DNA of 64,000 nucleotides from positions 96,001-160,000 of IMG/VR virus record IMGVR_UViG_3300029305_005547. One strand, 5' to 3'. The notes beneath the pieces were generated by a model. The model worked only from the letters and a program-made list of their open reading frames with translations. It was not told the DNA's origin and did no database searches. Of the stretch, positions 49,908 to 58,532 are shown one piece after another. The stretch is from a virus. Its lineage: Duplodnaviria; Caudoviricetes. Every line of letters starts with the position of its first letter. Positions within the stretch are counted from its first letter, which is position 1. A program made the translations under genes and the position numbers.

Positions 49908-50225
49908 ATGGAAAGAAGAATGTCTACTTTTGCATCTAACATGGTTGGAGATGACATTGATCTTCTCTATGATTTAGTATGCAAAAAATATACGAAATTC
50001 AAACTCTTCTATAGACTAGTTGAAGAGATTTCTGATTCGATTCTTACTTTAAAATATGACTTCTCCTCAGATACTTCTTTATACGTTAGTATGACTATGG
50101 ACAAAGGGGTTAAGACCAAAGAGGTCATATCGGATCTTGAAAGAAAGATCGATTCTTCAAGTCTATATACCTACAACATCGTATCTGATGGAAAGAAAAT
50201 CAAAATTAGTATTACAGCTGAATAA
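49908..50225 (+). CDS. Hypothetical protein
   Basis: GAGG RBS. Confidence 0.65.
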   Translation: MERRMSTFASNMVGDDIDLLYDLVCKKYTKFKLFYRLVEEISDSILTLKYDFSSDTSLYVSMTMDKGVKTKEVISDLERKIDSSSLYTYNIVSDGKKIKISITAE

Positions 50226-50243
50226 AAAAGAAGGAAGATGCTT

Positions 50244-50924
50244 TTATGCATCTTCCTTCACTAACTTTGTCATTCCGTATGGTAAACCTAAGCGTCTATT
50301 AACTTCCATTAATCTACATTTTTCCCATAACTCTTCATAACCTTTTCTACCAAAATTTCTAATATTGAATTTTTGGTAATTCTTAATTTCATCAGGTGAA
50401 GGAAATAAATAACCTCCCCTATTTTTCCAGTTTAATTTAAAACCTAAATTGTATGCAAGAGACTGAATACTAGCTATGCCAGATCTAGCAAGAGCATTTG
50501 ATAATCTAGTTGTAAGATTTCTACAAGCTAAATTTTCCGTGTAATATGATTTAAATTCATCCTCAGTCATATCAGATATCTTTTTAATATCTGGATTAAA
50601 TTGATCCGATTTTAAATACATATAGTCATATAAAAGTTCTAATCCTTGGTCTACTCTTTTCTTAACAAGATAAACTGATATATCTAAAAATCTTGCAATA
50701 TTATCATATGTTTCATTAAACTTGAATCTTTTAAGAATCGCTAACATACATTGCTTTTCGTAGTTATTATCTCTCCTAAAGAAATCCGCAATAGTAGAAT
50801 CTACTTTTTCTTCCCATTCATCTACATTCTCTTTTTTATCCATATAATTAGCTGGACCTATTTGAGGAGTTCTAAAGAAAGTCTTGTTGTATAATTCTTC
50901 ATATAAGTTTTGTGGATAATTCAT
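50244..50924 (-). CDS. Early protein with sigma region-4-like HTH and RNAP alpha-CTD-like domain
   Basis: RFKFNETYDNIARFLDIS...VKKR; NLTTRLSNALARSGIASIQSL...IRNFGRKGYEEL. Confidence 0.6.
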   Translation of the reverse strand: MNYPQNLYEELYNKTFFRTPQIGPANYMDKKENVDEWEEKVDSTIADFFRRDNNYEKQCMLAILKRFKFNETYDNIARFLDISVYLVKKRVDQGLELLYDYMYLKSDQFNPDIKKISDMTEDEFKSYYTENLACRNLTTRLSNALARSGIASIQSLAYNLGFKLNWKNRGGYLFPSPDEIKNYQKFNIRNFGRKGYEELWEKCRLMEVNRRLGLPYGMTKLVKEDA

Positions 50925-51015
50925 TTATAGTCCCTCCATATCCTAATATTACTAAAATAATATATGGATAAAAATATAGAGTGGTGTTTGTAAACACCAC
51001 TCTATATTAAGAATA

Positions 51016-51663
51016 TTATTCGACGATACCAAGAAGAATATCTCTTTCTGCCTCGGTAATTTCACCTGCATGACAAGACTCATAAATGTTGAGTTTAATG
51101 TCTTCAACAGATTCTTTTACATTATCAGTATCATTAAGACCTTTCTTTACTTTCTTGAGATAAGACTCCATTGAATCCATTACTGAATTTAATTTAGCTC
51201 TACGAATGTTAAGCATTTCAATAGAGAATTCTCCTTTATTAACTTTTTTATATTGACGTACAATTCCAGCTATTTCCTGAATAAGGATCTTGATAGAATC
51301 AATTGTTCCACCAATACCTGCAAGAGGTAATGAAACAACTGTTGCTAAAAAGATTTCACAGAAATCCATGACTTCAGCAATAAAAAAGCCAGCAATAACA
51401 CTGCCAACAGTTTCTGGAGTGTCGTCAATTTCTTTTCTTGTTTTCTTCATAAGTTCAAGATATTCATCTATGGTTTTCTCAATCTTGTCAGTTTCACCGG
51501 ATTTCTTAGATTCTTTAATTTTTTTATTCAGTGCTTTATATTCTTTTCTTAAAGCTTTATATTTATATCTAATTTCGAGATTAGCACCTTCTGTGAACAG
51601 TTCATCAAATCTTGTTTCGTTATAGTCTACAACAGACTCAAGCAATTCATCAAAATTTGCCAT
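51016..51663 (-). CDS. Probable inner-head protein with KLNIYESCHAGEIT motif
   Basis: C-terminus near-identical to that of 45786; late promoter. Confidence 0.6.
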   Translation of the reverse strand: MANFDELLESVVDYNETRFDELFTEGANLEIRYKYKALRKEYKALNKKIKESKKSGETDKIEKTIDEYLELMKKTRKEIDDTPETVGSVIAGFFIAEVMDFCEIFLATVVSLPLAGIGGTIDSIKILIQEIAGIVRQYKKVNKGEFSIEMLNIRRAKLNSVMDSMESYLKKVKKGLNDTDNVKESVEDIKLNIYESCHAGEITEAERDILLGIVE

Positions 51664-51798
51664 GGTTATAACCCTTTCTTTATTTTATATTTTAAAATGC
51701 ATTTCAAAACATATGTATTTATAATAATGTGGTTTTTAAATAAATTAAAAAAAGAACTAAGTACGAGGGGTGACATAATATCACCCCTCCTTATCTTT

Positions 51799-51999
51799 TT
51801 ACATTAGCCCATTACATGAGAGAATGGAAATGATACCAATATGTTCATTGTCCTTGCACTCGTGAGTTTCAGCAATTAACATTGCTTTGTACATCTCTGA
51901 TTCATCAGTAGACATATCGTGTACATTACCTCCGAGTTGATCATATTTTACTTTTCTAAGTCCACTCTCCACAAATTCATCATATGTAACCATTTCCAT
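51799..51999 (-). CDS. Small hypothetical protein
   Basis: AAGGAGG RBS. Confidence 0.6.
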   Translation of the reverse strand: MEMVTYDEFVESGLRKVKYDQLGGNVHDMSTDESEMYKAMLIAETHECKDNEHIGIISILSCNGLM

Positions 52000-52020
52000 A
52001 CCTCCTTATTTTATTTAGTT

Positions 52021-52221
52021 TTACATATGTTTATATGTATATTTTTCTCCTAAGACATAGTACAACGCATCTAATTGAGACTCAATATTATATGAGTTCA
52101 TCAGAATACGTTTGTCGTAAGGATACGTAGCAGTTTTATATAACTCTTCATTTTCTTTTAATTTAGTTTCTAATTCTTCAATTCTATTCCGTATTTCAGA
52201 TTCATTTAAAACTTTACCCAT
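52021..52221 (-). CDS. Small hypothetical protein
   Basis: GAGGA RBS, early promoter motif. Confidence 0.6.
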   Translation of the reverse strand: MGKVLNESEIRNRIEELETKLKENEELYKTATYPYDKRILMNSYNIESQLDALYYVLGEKYTYKHM

Positions 52222-52343
52222 CTTTTTATCCTCACTTTATCATGTTATTCTATACAATAATATACGTTTGATTTTTCTTAGTTTTCTGGTATTTTTTACC
52301 CAGAAAACATTTTCGTAATGACAAAGAAAGTAGGTGACAGATA

Positions 52344-55300
52344 ATGATTTACCCTATTGATGTCCCTGAATTAACCCTATTTACAAGAAGAGTTTATCTT
52401 CCTAAGGGTGAAAAAATTGGACGAGGGAACTTAGTATATCTTTATACTGAGTCTATTCCAGAATCAATTTCTGAAATAAATAATGGGTCGAACTATACTC
52501 CTATAGGTAATTATTCCCATTATTTCTACAATACAACCTACTCTGGTAGATTAAAGAACCGTAAGTTCTATATCAGAGATAAGGAAAAGAAAAATATATA
52601 CGAAAAAGTTAAAACAGATACAGGTCTTACACCTGTACCTACGATTACACTTTCAGGATTTGATCGTAATACATACTTTGAGTTGTCAAAGTATTTACAG
52701 ATATATCATGAAATAACTGATAATTTTGATCCGTTTACAAGAGTTAATTTGTTTTGGAGTTATATGGATCAAATTATCAATGATCCAAATACTGCTGGAT
52801 ATGAAAATAAATATATCATAATCAATGCAGAAAAATATGCAGATGCGTTTTCGGGTAAGCTTAAAGAAAAATTGAACAACCCGATTTTTATGATCTATTT
52901 TACGTTATATAAAGATCATACAATCTGCTCTAAGTTCGATCATGATATTTATATTTTCTATAAAAATAGTTCTATCAAGATTAATCCGGCACATGCTGAA
53001 AAGGGTAAGACTGCCATGAAACTTAGAATGCTTCTTGCAAAGCTTATCCCTAATAGAGCAAAAAAGATTGAAGAAGCTCTTGATGATGAACTCATTAAGA
53101 AAGAAGAAACTGCTGAAAATGTACGAGTTAGTCTATCTAATGAATTTAATTTTGTAGGAGATGTAGAGAGTACAGTTACGGATAAAGATGTAGCTTCTGT
53201 TATGGTGAAACCTACAGAAAAGAAACCTACAGATATTGAAAAGAAGTTAGAAGACAAAGCAGACAATGCTGCTTCAAAAACTACAGACGAAGAGTCTGCT
53301 AAGAAATTAGCTGAAAAAGAGATTGAAAGTGATAGAAAACTTTTAGAAGATCTTTATAATAAAGCTATTGCAGATAATAAACCTGTTTCGTCAGCAAGTT
53401 CAGCAAGAGATAAACAGATTAGAGAAGAACAAGGAAAGATCATTGTAGGTGATATGACGATTGACAAGCTCAGATCTGTTCAAAGTACTCATATGCCTAT
53501 ACCATCATCAGATGTATCTAAGGTTATGAGAACTACAAATAATAACGTTAAGACTATTAAGTTTGCAAACTTTGATAGAACTTATAATGAGAAGGTTATG
53601 CCAAAAGATTTGGTTAATGCATTTGCTTCTCTTAATGAAAAGTCTATTCCTATGACTATCATTAAATATGATATCAAAGACACATCTGATGAACTTAATT
53701 ACAAGGATACTCATACTGTGGTTCTTGAAGATGTTAACAGACGTAGACATACTATTACAGTTGATATTCCTAAGTTTATTGATGATAAGTTCATGTATAT
53801 TGGTGGAGCTAAGAAGTTAATACTTAATCAGAACTTCTTATATCCTGTTGTTAAATCTGGTCCAGATAAGGTACAGATTGTAACTAATTACAACAAGATG
53901 TTCATTGAACGTTTTGGGTCTAAGTCAATTACATCACTTGAAAGACTTAAGAAATTAATATCTTCTGAAACTGATCTTGAAGAATTCTTTGAAGTTGGTT
54001 ATGCCTTTAAGTTGAACGGTGATTATATCACCACAGTTGAATACGATGAACTTAGTAAGCAGTTCATAAGGTTCAAATCTGATACTTGTGAAATAATGTT
54101 TAGTCAGCAAGAAATTGCCGATGTTATTAATAAACAAGGTATTCAGGTGGGTGAAAATGAGATTTGTATTGGTTTTGAAAACAAGAAACCTATACTTATT
54201 GATAATGAAACGCAAAGAACGATTGATAATCGTTCTATAGCAGAGGTTATTTTAGATAACCTTCCGGAAGAGTTTAGAGATAAATATGAAAGTATTAAAA
54301 CCCCTAAACGTCTTATGTATTCAGCAGCAACAACCATGTCTCAAAAAGTGTCTCTTGGATTACTTATGGGATTCTGGGAAGGAATGGGAAGTGTTTTAAA
54401 AGCGCTTAATCTTGATTATAGACTGGAAGAAAAAGTTCCTAAGACTTTGAAAGTTGGTGAATCTTTTATTCAGTTTAAGGATTGTGTTCTTGTGTATACT
54501 GAAAACGTTGCACAGTCTCTTGTAATGAATGGTTTCAGATTAATTGAAACTAAAGAATATGAAATTGCTGAAATGGAGACAAAAGAACCTTATATGAATT
54601 ATTTCGTTAAAGTATATGGTAAGAGAAATATCTCTAATGCTTTGATGAATACGTATGAGTTTACTATTGATCCTATTACAAAAGAAATACTTGCAGATTT
54701 AAATCTGCCTACTCAGTTCGTTCCACTTTGTATTTATGCAAATTCACTTCTTGCTGATTCTCAGTATACACCTGATTATAATCAGCATTTATGTCGTATA
54801 AGAAGAACTGAAATTATTCCTGCAATTCTTTATGATTCTATTGCTAAGCAGTATGTAATTTATAAGAATTCTAATGGAAGAAAGAAACTTACTATTGCTA
54901 GGGATGATGTTATTAAGAAATTATTAGCTCTTCCTACAGTAGAAGAATATTCTACACTTAATCCATTACTTGAAATGGAAAGAACTCATACAACCATGTA
55001 TAAAGGTTGGAGAGGTATTAATGAAGATAGAACTTATACTCAGGATAAACGTGTATATGATAAATCAATGGTAGGTATAATTGGTCTTTCAACGTCACCT
55101 GATGGTTCGGTTGGTGTTCAGAAAACTCTTACACTTGAACCAAATATCGTATCAGCTAGAGGATACGTGAAAGTTACTGATAATGAAAAAGAACTTAAGG
55201 ATGTTAACCTTTTCTCTCCTGCCGAGATTTTATGTCCGTTAGGACCTACACGTGATGACCCCACAAGAACTGGTCATGGAATAAAGCAGAGCAAGCACGT

Positions 55301-57182
55301 TATACCTGTAAAACATTCATCTCCTGTACTCATTTCAAACGGTGCGGAAGAAGCTATTAGATTTGATTTATCAACAGACTTCGTTATCAATGCAAAACAG
55401 GATGGTGAAGTTGTTGAAGTAAATGAAGATCTTGGTATTATCATTTGTAGATATAAAGATGGTACTTGCCAAGCTATTAATACAAAATCTCAGATTGAGA
55501 AAAATGGTGGCGGTGGTTTTTACATTGCTAATACACTTATTACGAATCTCAAACTTGGAGATAAATTTAAAAAGAATGACTTACTTGCATGGCATAAAGA
55601 CTTCTTTAAGTCTAATATGTATACAGGTAGTAGATTTAATATGGGAACTATGGCTAAAATTGCTATTATGTCCACATATAACACATACCAAGATTCTACA
55701 GTAATTACTGATAAGTTATCTCATGAGATGGCTACTGAAATGGTATTTAATAAACAGGTTGTTATTGGTAAAAATGCAACTGTCGATTATATTGCTAAAG
55801 TAGGTGATAAGGTAGATGTAGGATCTTCCTTAGTTCAGTTTGATACTTCATATGAAGATGATGAACTTAATAAACTTCTTTCCACATTAAGTGGTGCTTT
55901 AAAAGAAGGAGTAATTGAAAATAGTAGAAATAACATCCAGTCTAAGATTGCAGGAGTAATTGAAGATATTAAGATGTATTCTACAGTTGATCTTAGTGAT
56001 CTTAGTCCCTCTCTTCAGAAAATTTTTGGTAAGTATTACCATAAGATTAATGAAAAGAAGAAACTTCTTACTAAGTATGATGATAACGATTCAATCGTTA
56101 AATGTGGTTTACTTTTCAATGAAACGACTGGTAAAGTTGCACCTAATAAATATGGTGTGTTGAAAGGTCAAAAAATTGAAGATGGTGTATTGATTGAGTT
56201 TTATATTAAACATGAAGAATATCTTGAGATAGGCTCAAAAGTTGCGTATTTTACTGGGTTGAAGGCTACAATCGGCGAAGTTATTCCTCCTGGATATGAA
56301 CCATATTCTGACTTTAGAAAAGATGAAGAAGTGAGTACTTTTATTGCAGCAAACTCTGTACTTAAACGTATGACACCTTCGATCTTACTTACATCTCTTG
56401 GTAATAAATGCTTGGTAGAACTTAAGAGAAAACTCCAAGAAATTTTTACAAGTAAACCTGATGATGAAACGTGTAAAGAAGAAATGACAAATATTATTTA
56501 TCGCTTCTTTACAGCATTCGACAAAACAAAGACAAATACCAATAAGTATAAAGATATGTTTGATCCAATGAGTCCGTCTGCATTTAGACGCTGGTTTAAA
56601 GGATTTTTCATGGACGAAGATGCTTATTTAATTTTAGATATCGTTGATTATGAGAGGACTATTTCTATGGACGACATTGAAAGAGCTGCAAAAGTTATTA
56701 ATGTCCCATTATTCGAATATGTGTATTTACCTCATATCACGATGGATAAAGGAAAAACTGTAAGAACAAGAACTCCTGTTCCAGTTGGATATATTCATAT
56801 CAAACGAACCCAGCAAACAGTAGCAAAAAAGAATGGTATTTCAACTTCTAGTGATATTCGTTCACCTTTAACTGGTCAGGTTACTGGTGCTGATAAGAAT
56901 GGTCGAGAATCCGATCTTGAAAATATCATGTTGGTTTCTCTTGGTATGACGGAGTGTTTACGTGAACTTAATGGACCTAGAGCTGATGATATGGTTGCTA
57001 AACGTGAAATGCTATCAGATATCTCTAAACAAGGTTACGTTAAATTGAATGATTTGACATATGATGTCAATAATAAAACAACCCTTAATACAGTAGATGC
57101 CTACTTTATTGGTATGGGAATTAAGACTGATTTGGTTACTAAAGGTAATATGCTTAAGTCTACTCTTAAGAAAGAGTTATAA
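52344..57182 (+). CDS. Phage multisubunit RNA polymerase beta-like subunit, probably the virion enzyme
   Basis: TSPDGSVG, DDPTRTGHGIKQSKH, NTYQDSTVI, GSKVAYFTGLKATI, GQVTG..K.GRESDLE; late promoter. Confidence 0.85.
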   Translation: MIYPIDVPELTLFTRRVYLPKGEKIGRGNLVYLYTESIPESISEINNGSNYTPIGNYSHYFYNTTYSGRLKNRKFYIRDKEKKNIYEKVKTDTGLTPVPTITLSGFDRNTYFELSKYLQIYHEITDNFDPFTRVNLFWSYMDQIINDPNTAGYENKYIIINAEKYADAFSGKLKEKLNNPIFMIYFTLYKDHTICSKFDHDIYIFYKNSSIKINPAHAEKGKTAMKLRMLLAKLIPNRAKKIEEALDDELIKKEETAENVRVSLSNEFNFVGDVESTVTDKDVASVMVKPTEKKPTDIEKKLEDKADNAASKTTDEESAKKLAEKEIESDRKLLEDLYNKAIADNKPVSSASSARDKQIREEQGKIIVGDMTIDKLRSVQSTHMPIPSSDVSKVMRTTNNNVKTIKFANFDRTYNEKVMPKDLVNAFASLNEKSIPMTIIKYDIKDTSDELNYKDTHTVVLEDVNRRRHTITVDIPKFIDDKFMYIGGAKKLILNQNFLYPVVKSGPDKVQIVTNYNKMFIERFGSKSITSLERLKKLISSETDLEEFFEVGYAFKLNGDYITTVEYDELSKQFIRFKSDTCEIMFSQQEIADVINKQGIQVGENEICIGFENKKPILIDNETQRTIDNRSIAEVILDNLPEEFRDKYESIKTPKRLMYSAATTMSQKVSLGLLMGFWEGMGSVLKALNLDYRLEEKVPKTLKVGESFIQFKDCVLVYTENVAQSLVMNGFRLIETKEYEIAEMETKEPYMNYFVKVYGKRNISNALMNTYEFTIDPITKEILADLNLPTQFVPLCIYANSLLADSQYTPDYNQHLCRIRRTEIIPAILYDSIAKQYVIYKNSNGRKKLTIARDDVIKKLLALPTVEEYSTLNPLLEMERTHTTMYKGWRGINEDRTYTQDKRVYDKSMVGIIGLSTSPDGSVGVQKTLTLEPNIVSARGYVKVTDNEKELKDVNLFSPAEILCPLGPTRDDPTRTGHGIKQSKHVIPVKHSSPVLISNGAEEAIRFDLSTDFVINAKQDGEVVEVNEDLGIIICRYKDGTCQAINTKSQIEKNGGGGFYIANTLITNLKLGDKFKKNDLLAWHKDFFKSNMYTGSRFNMGTMAKIAIMSTYNTYQDSTVITDKLSHEMATEMVFNKQVVIGKNATVDYIAKVGDKVDVGSSLVQFDTSYEDDELNKLLSTLSGALKEGVIENSRNNIQSKIAGVIEDIKMYSTVDLSDLSPSLQKIFGKYYHKINEKKKLLTKYDDNDSIVKCGLLFNETTGKVAPNKYGVLKGQKIEDGVLIEFYIKHEEYLEIGSKVAYFTGLKATIGEVIPPGYEPYSDFRKDEEVSTFIAANSVLKRMTPSILLTSLGNKCLVELKRKLQEIFTSKPDDETCKEEMTNIIYRFFTAFDKTKTNTNKYKDMFDPMSPSAFRRWFKGFFMDEDAYLILDIVDYERTISMDDIERAAKVINVPLFEYVYLPHITMDKGKTVRTRTPVPVGYIHIKRTQQTVAKKNGISTSSDIRSPLTGQVTGADKNGRESDLENIMLVSLGMTECLRELNGPRADDMVAKREMLSDISKQGYVKLNDLTYDVNNKTTLNTVDAYFIGMGIKTDLVTKGNMLKSTLKKEL

Positions 57183-57222
57183 AAAAGAACGACAGTTGGT
57201 AAATTCCAACTGTCGTTTTCTT

Positions 57223-57606
57223 TTATTTTTTAAGCTCTACATATTCCTCAAGCTCACGTCTTGTCGTCATTCCTGTCTCATATTTGTAACAAAATTCTAT
57301 CATTTGTTTCTTTATAACATCAGAATGACCAAGAGCCAATGAACAACAATTTTTACAGTAGTTTACTCTAAACTGTTTGCTACCTGCAAACTCACTTACT
57401 TCGATATAACCAAGTCGAATAGCCTTTTCAATAAGTTCTTCAAATTCATCAGGTACACTAACAGTAGTACGGGTATTTATAGAATTAGTTTCACACTCTA
57501 CAAACCAGATATTACCACTATTTGCAAGACTATAAATAATCTTACCATCAGAAATGAAACCATTCAATTCTTCAATACTACTAAACTTCTTAATCTCTTT
57601 ACTCAT
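57223..57606 (-). CDS. Hypothetical protein
   Basis: GGAGG RBS. Confidence 0.65.
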   Translation of the reverse strand: MSKEIKKFSSIEELNGFISDGKIIYSLANSGNIWFVECETNSINTRTTVSVPDEFEELIEKAIRLGYIEVSEFAGSKQFRVNYCKNCCSLALGHSDVIKKQMIEFCYKYETGMTTRRELEEYVELKK

Positions 57607-57791
57607 AAGTACCTCCGGCTCTTGGATATTTTATCCTCCACCATATTTAATTTTATATTTAGTTATATTTGCCTATAGATCATTACGTTTCATGCTATAG
57701 CGCTATGTAATTTATTTTTTATTCACAAAAATATTATATGTTTGAAAATGCTGACTTTACGGTTCATAGAAAAGTAGTTTGAAGTGCTGTT

Positions 57792-57871
57792 ACGGAATTT
57801 AGTTAAGTAAGTTTTCTGTAAGTCTCGATATCTCTCGAGACTTACAGATTCTTTATTTAGCTAAATAGTAA
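57792..57871 (+). repeat. 80-bp cassette repeat, copy 10
   Basis: Direct match; loop variant TATCTC. Confidence 0.97.
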
Positions 57872-58460
57872 GAATTACCCTCCTACATGGACGTTTGGAT
57901 CTAATGGAAATGTTAATGATTTAGCATATACAATGCATACACAATTTAGTTCAGTGAAATCAGGATTTTGTTATTTAGGTGATAGTAATTCTATGTATGT
58001 CGGTATTTCTCGAACATCAGGTGATGTAGGATCTATTTTATTTGCAGATATAGCAAATACCGGAAAAGTATATTTATGGAATAGATCGACTATTCATGAA
58101 AATGGATATATACTAAAAACACTAGCATTTCAAGAATCATTTGATCCTGTTGTAGATAGTTTTACATCGTCATATATTCAAGTTACTGTATCAAAAAGCG
58201 GTAAAATAAAAAATATATTTTTTAATTCTACCCCAAGTGCTGATTTAATAGCAAAAACATCCTATCATCTTACAACCATTACTAATAGTAATTATTTACC
58301 TTCACGTGAATTTAAAAAAGAAATATGTATTTCAACTACATCTGACGGAAAAATATATACAGCTAATTTAACCATTACAACTGGCGGAGCAGTATATCTA
58401 TATCCTCGTCAAACAATTTCAGTCAGTATCCCATTATATGTAAATGAGTTTTTCATTTAA
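57861..58460 (+). CDS. Silent tail-fibre tip cassette 10
   Basis: In frame LNSKNYPPTWTFGSNG...; C-terminal SKSGKI...YLPS...LTITTGGAVYL receptor-binding-like domain. Confidence 0.83.
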   Translation, partial: LNSKNYPPTWTFGSNGNVNDLAYTMHTQFSSVKSGFCYLGDSNSMYVGISRTSGDVGSILFADIANTGKVYLWNRSTIHENGYILKTLAFQESFDPVVDSFTSSYIQVTVSKSGKIKNIFFNSTPSADLIAKTSYHLTTITNSNYLPSREFKKEICISTTSDGKIYTANLTITTGGAVYLYPRQTISVSIPLYVNEFFI

Positions 58461-58532
58461 TACATAAAGAATTATATTATCAAAAAATAATAAAAAAGTC
58501 AGGTATGAGATTTCTCTCATACCTGATTAAAT

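Noticed and set aside
95-57871. The 80-bp repeats as a CRISPR array
   Set aside because: They are dispersed over 58 kb, too long, followed by coding frames rather than uniform spacers, and no cas genes are present.
95-57871. The repeats as plain terminators, REP elements or MITEs
   Set aside because: This does not explain the fixed reading frame into fibre domains or the in-frame core in the full fibre gene; no target-site duplications are visible.
231-58460. ORF-track starts of the tips (231, 3901, 22426, 22851, 30066, 35352, 47096, 57933) as real starts
   Set aside because: They lack an RBS, each frame extends upstream to the core, and two tips have no usable early start at all.
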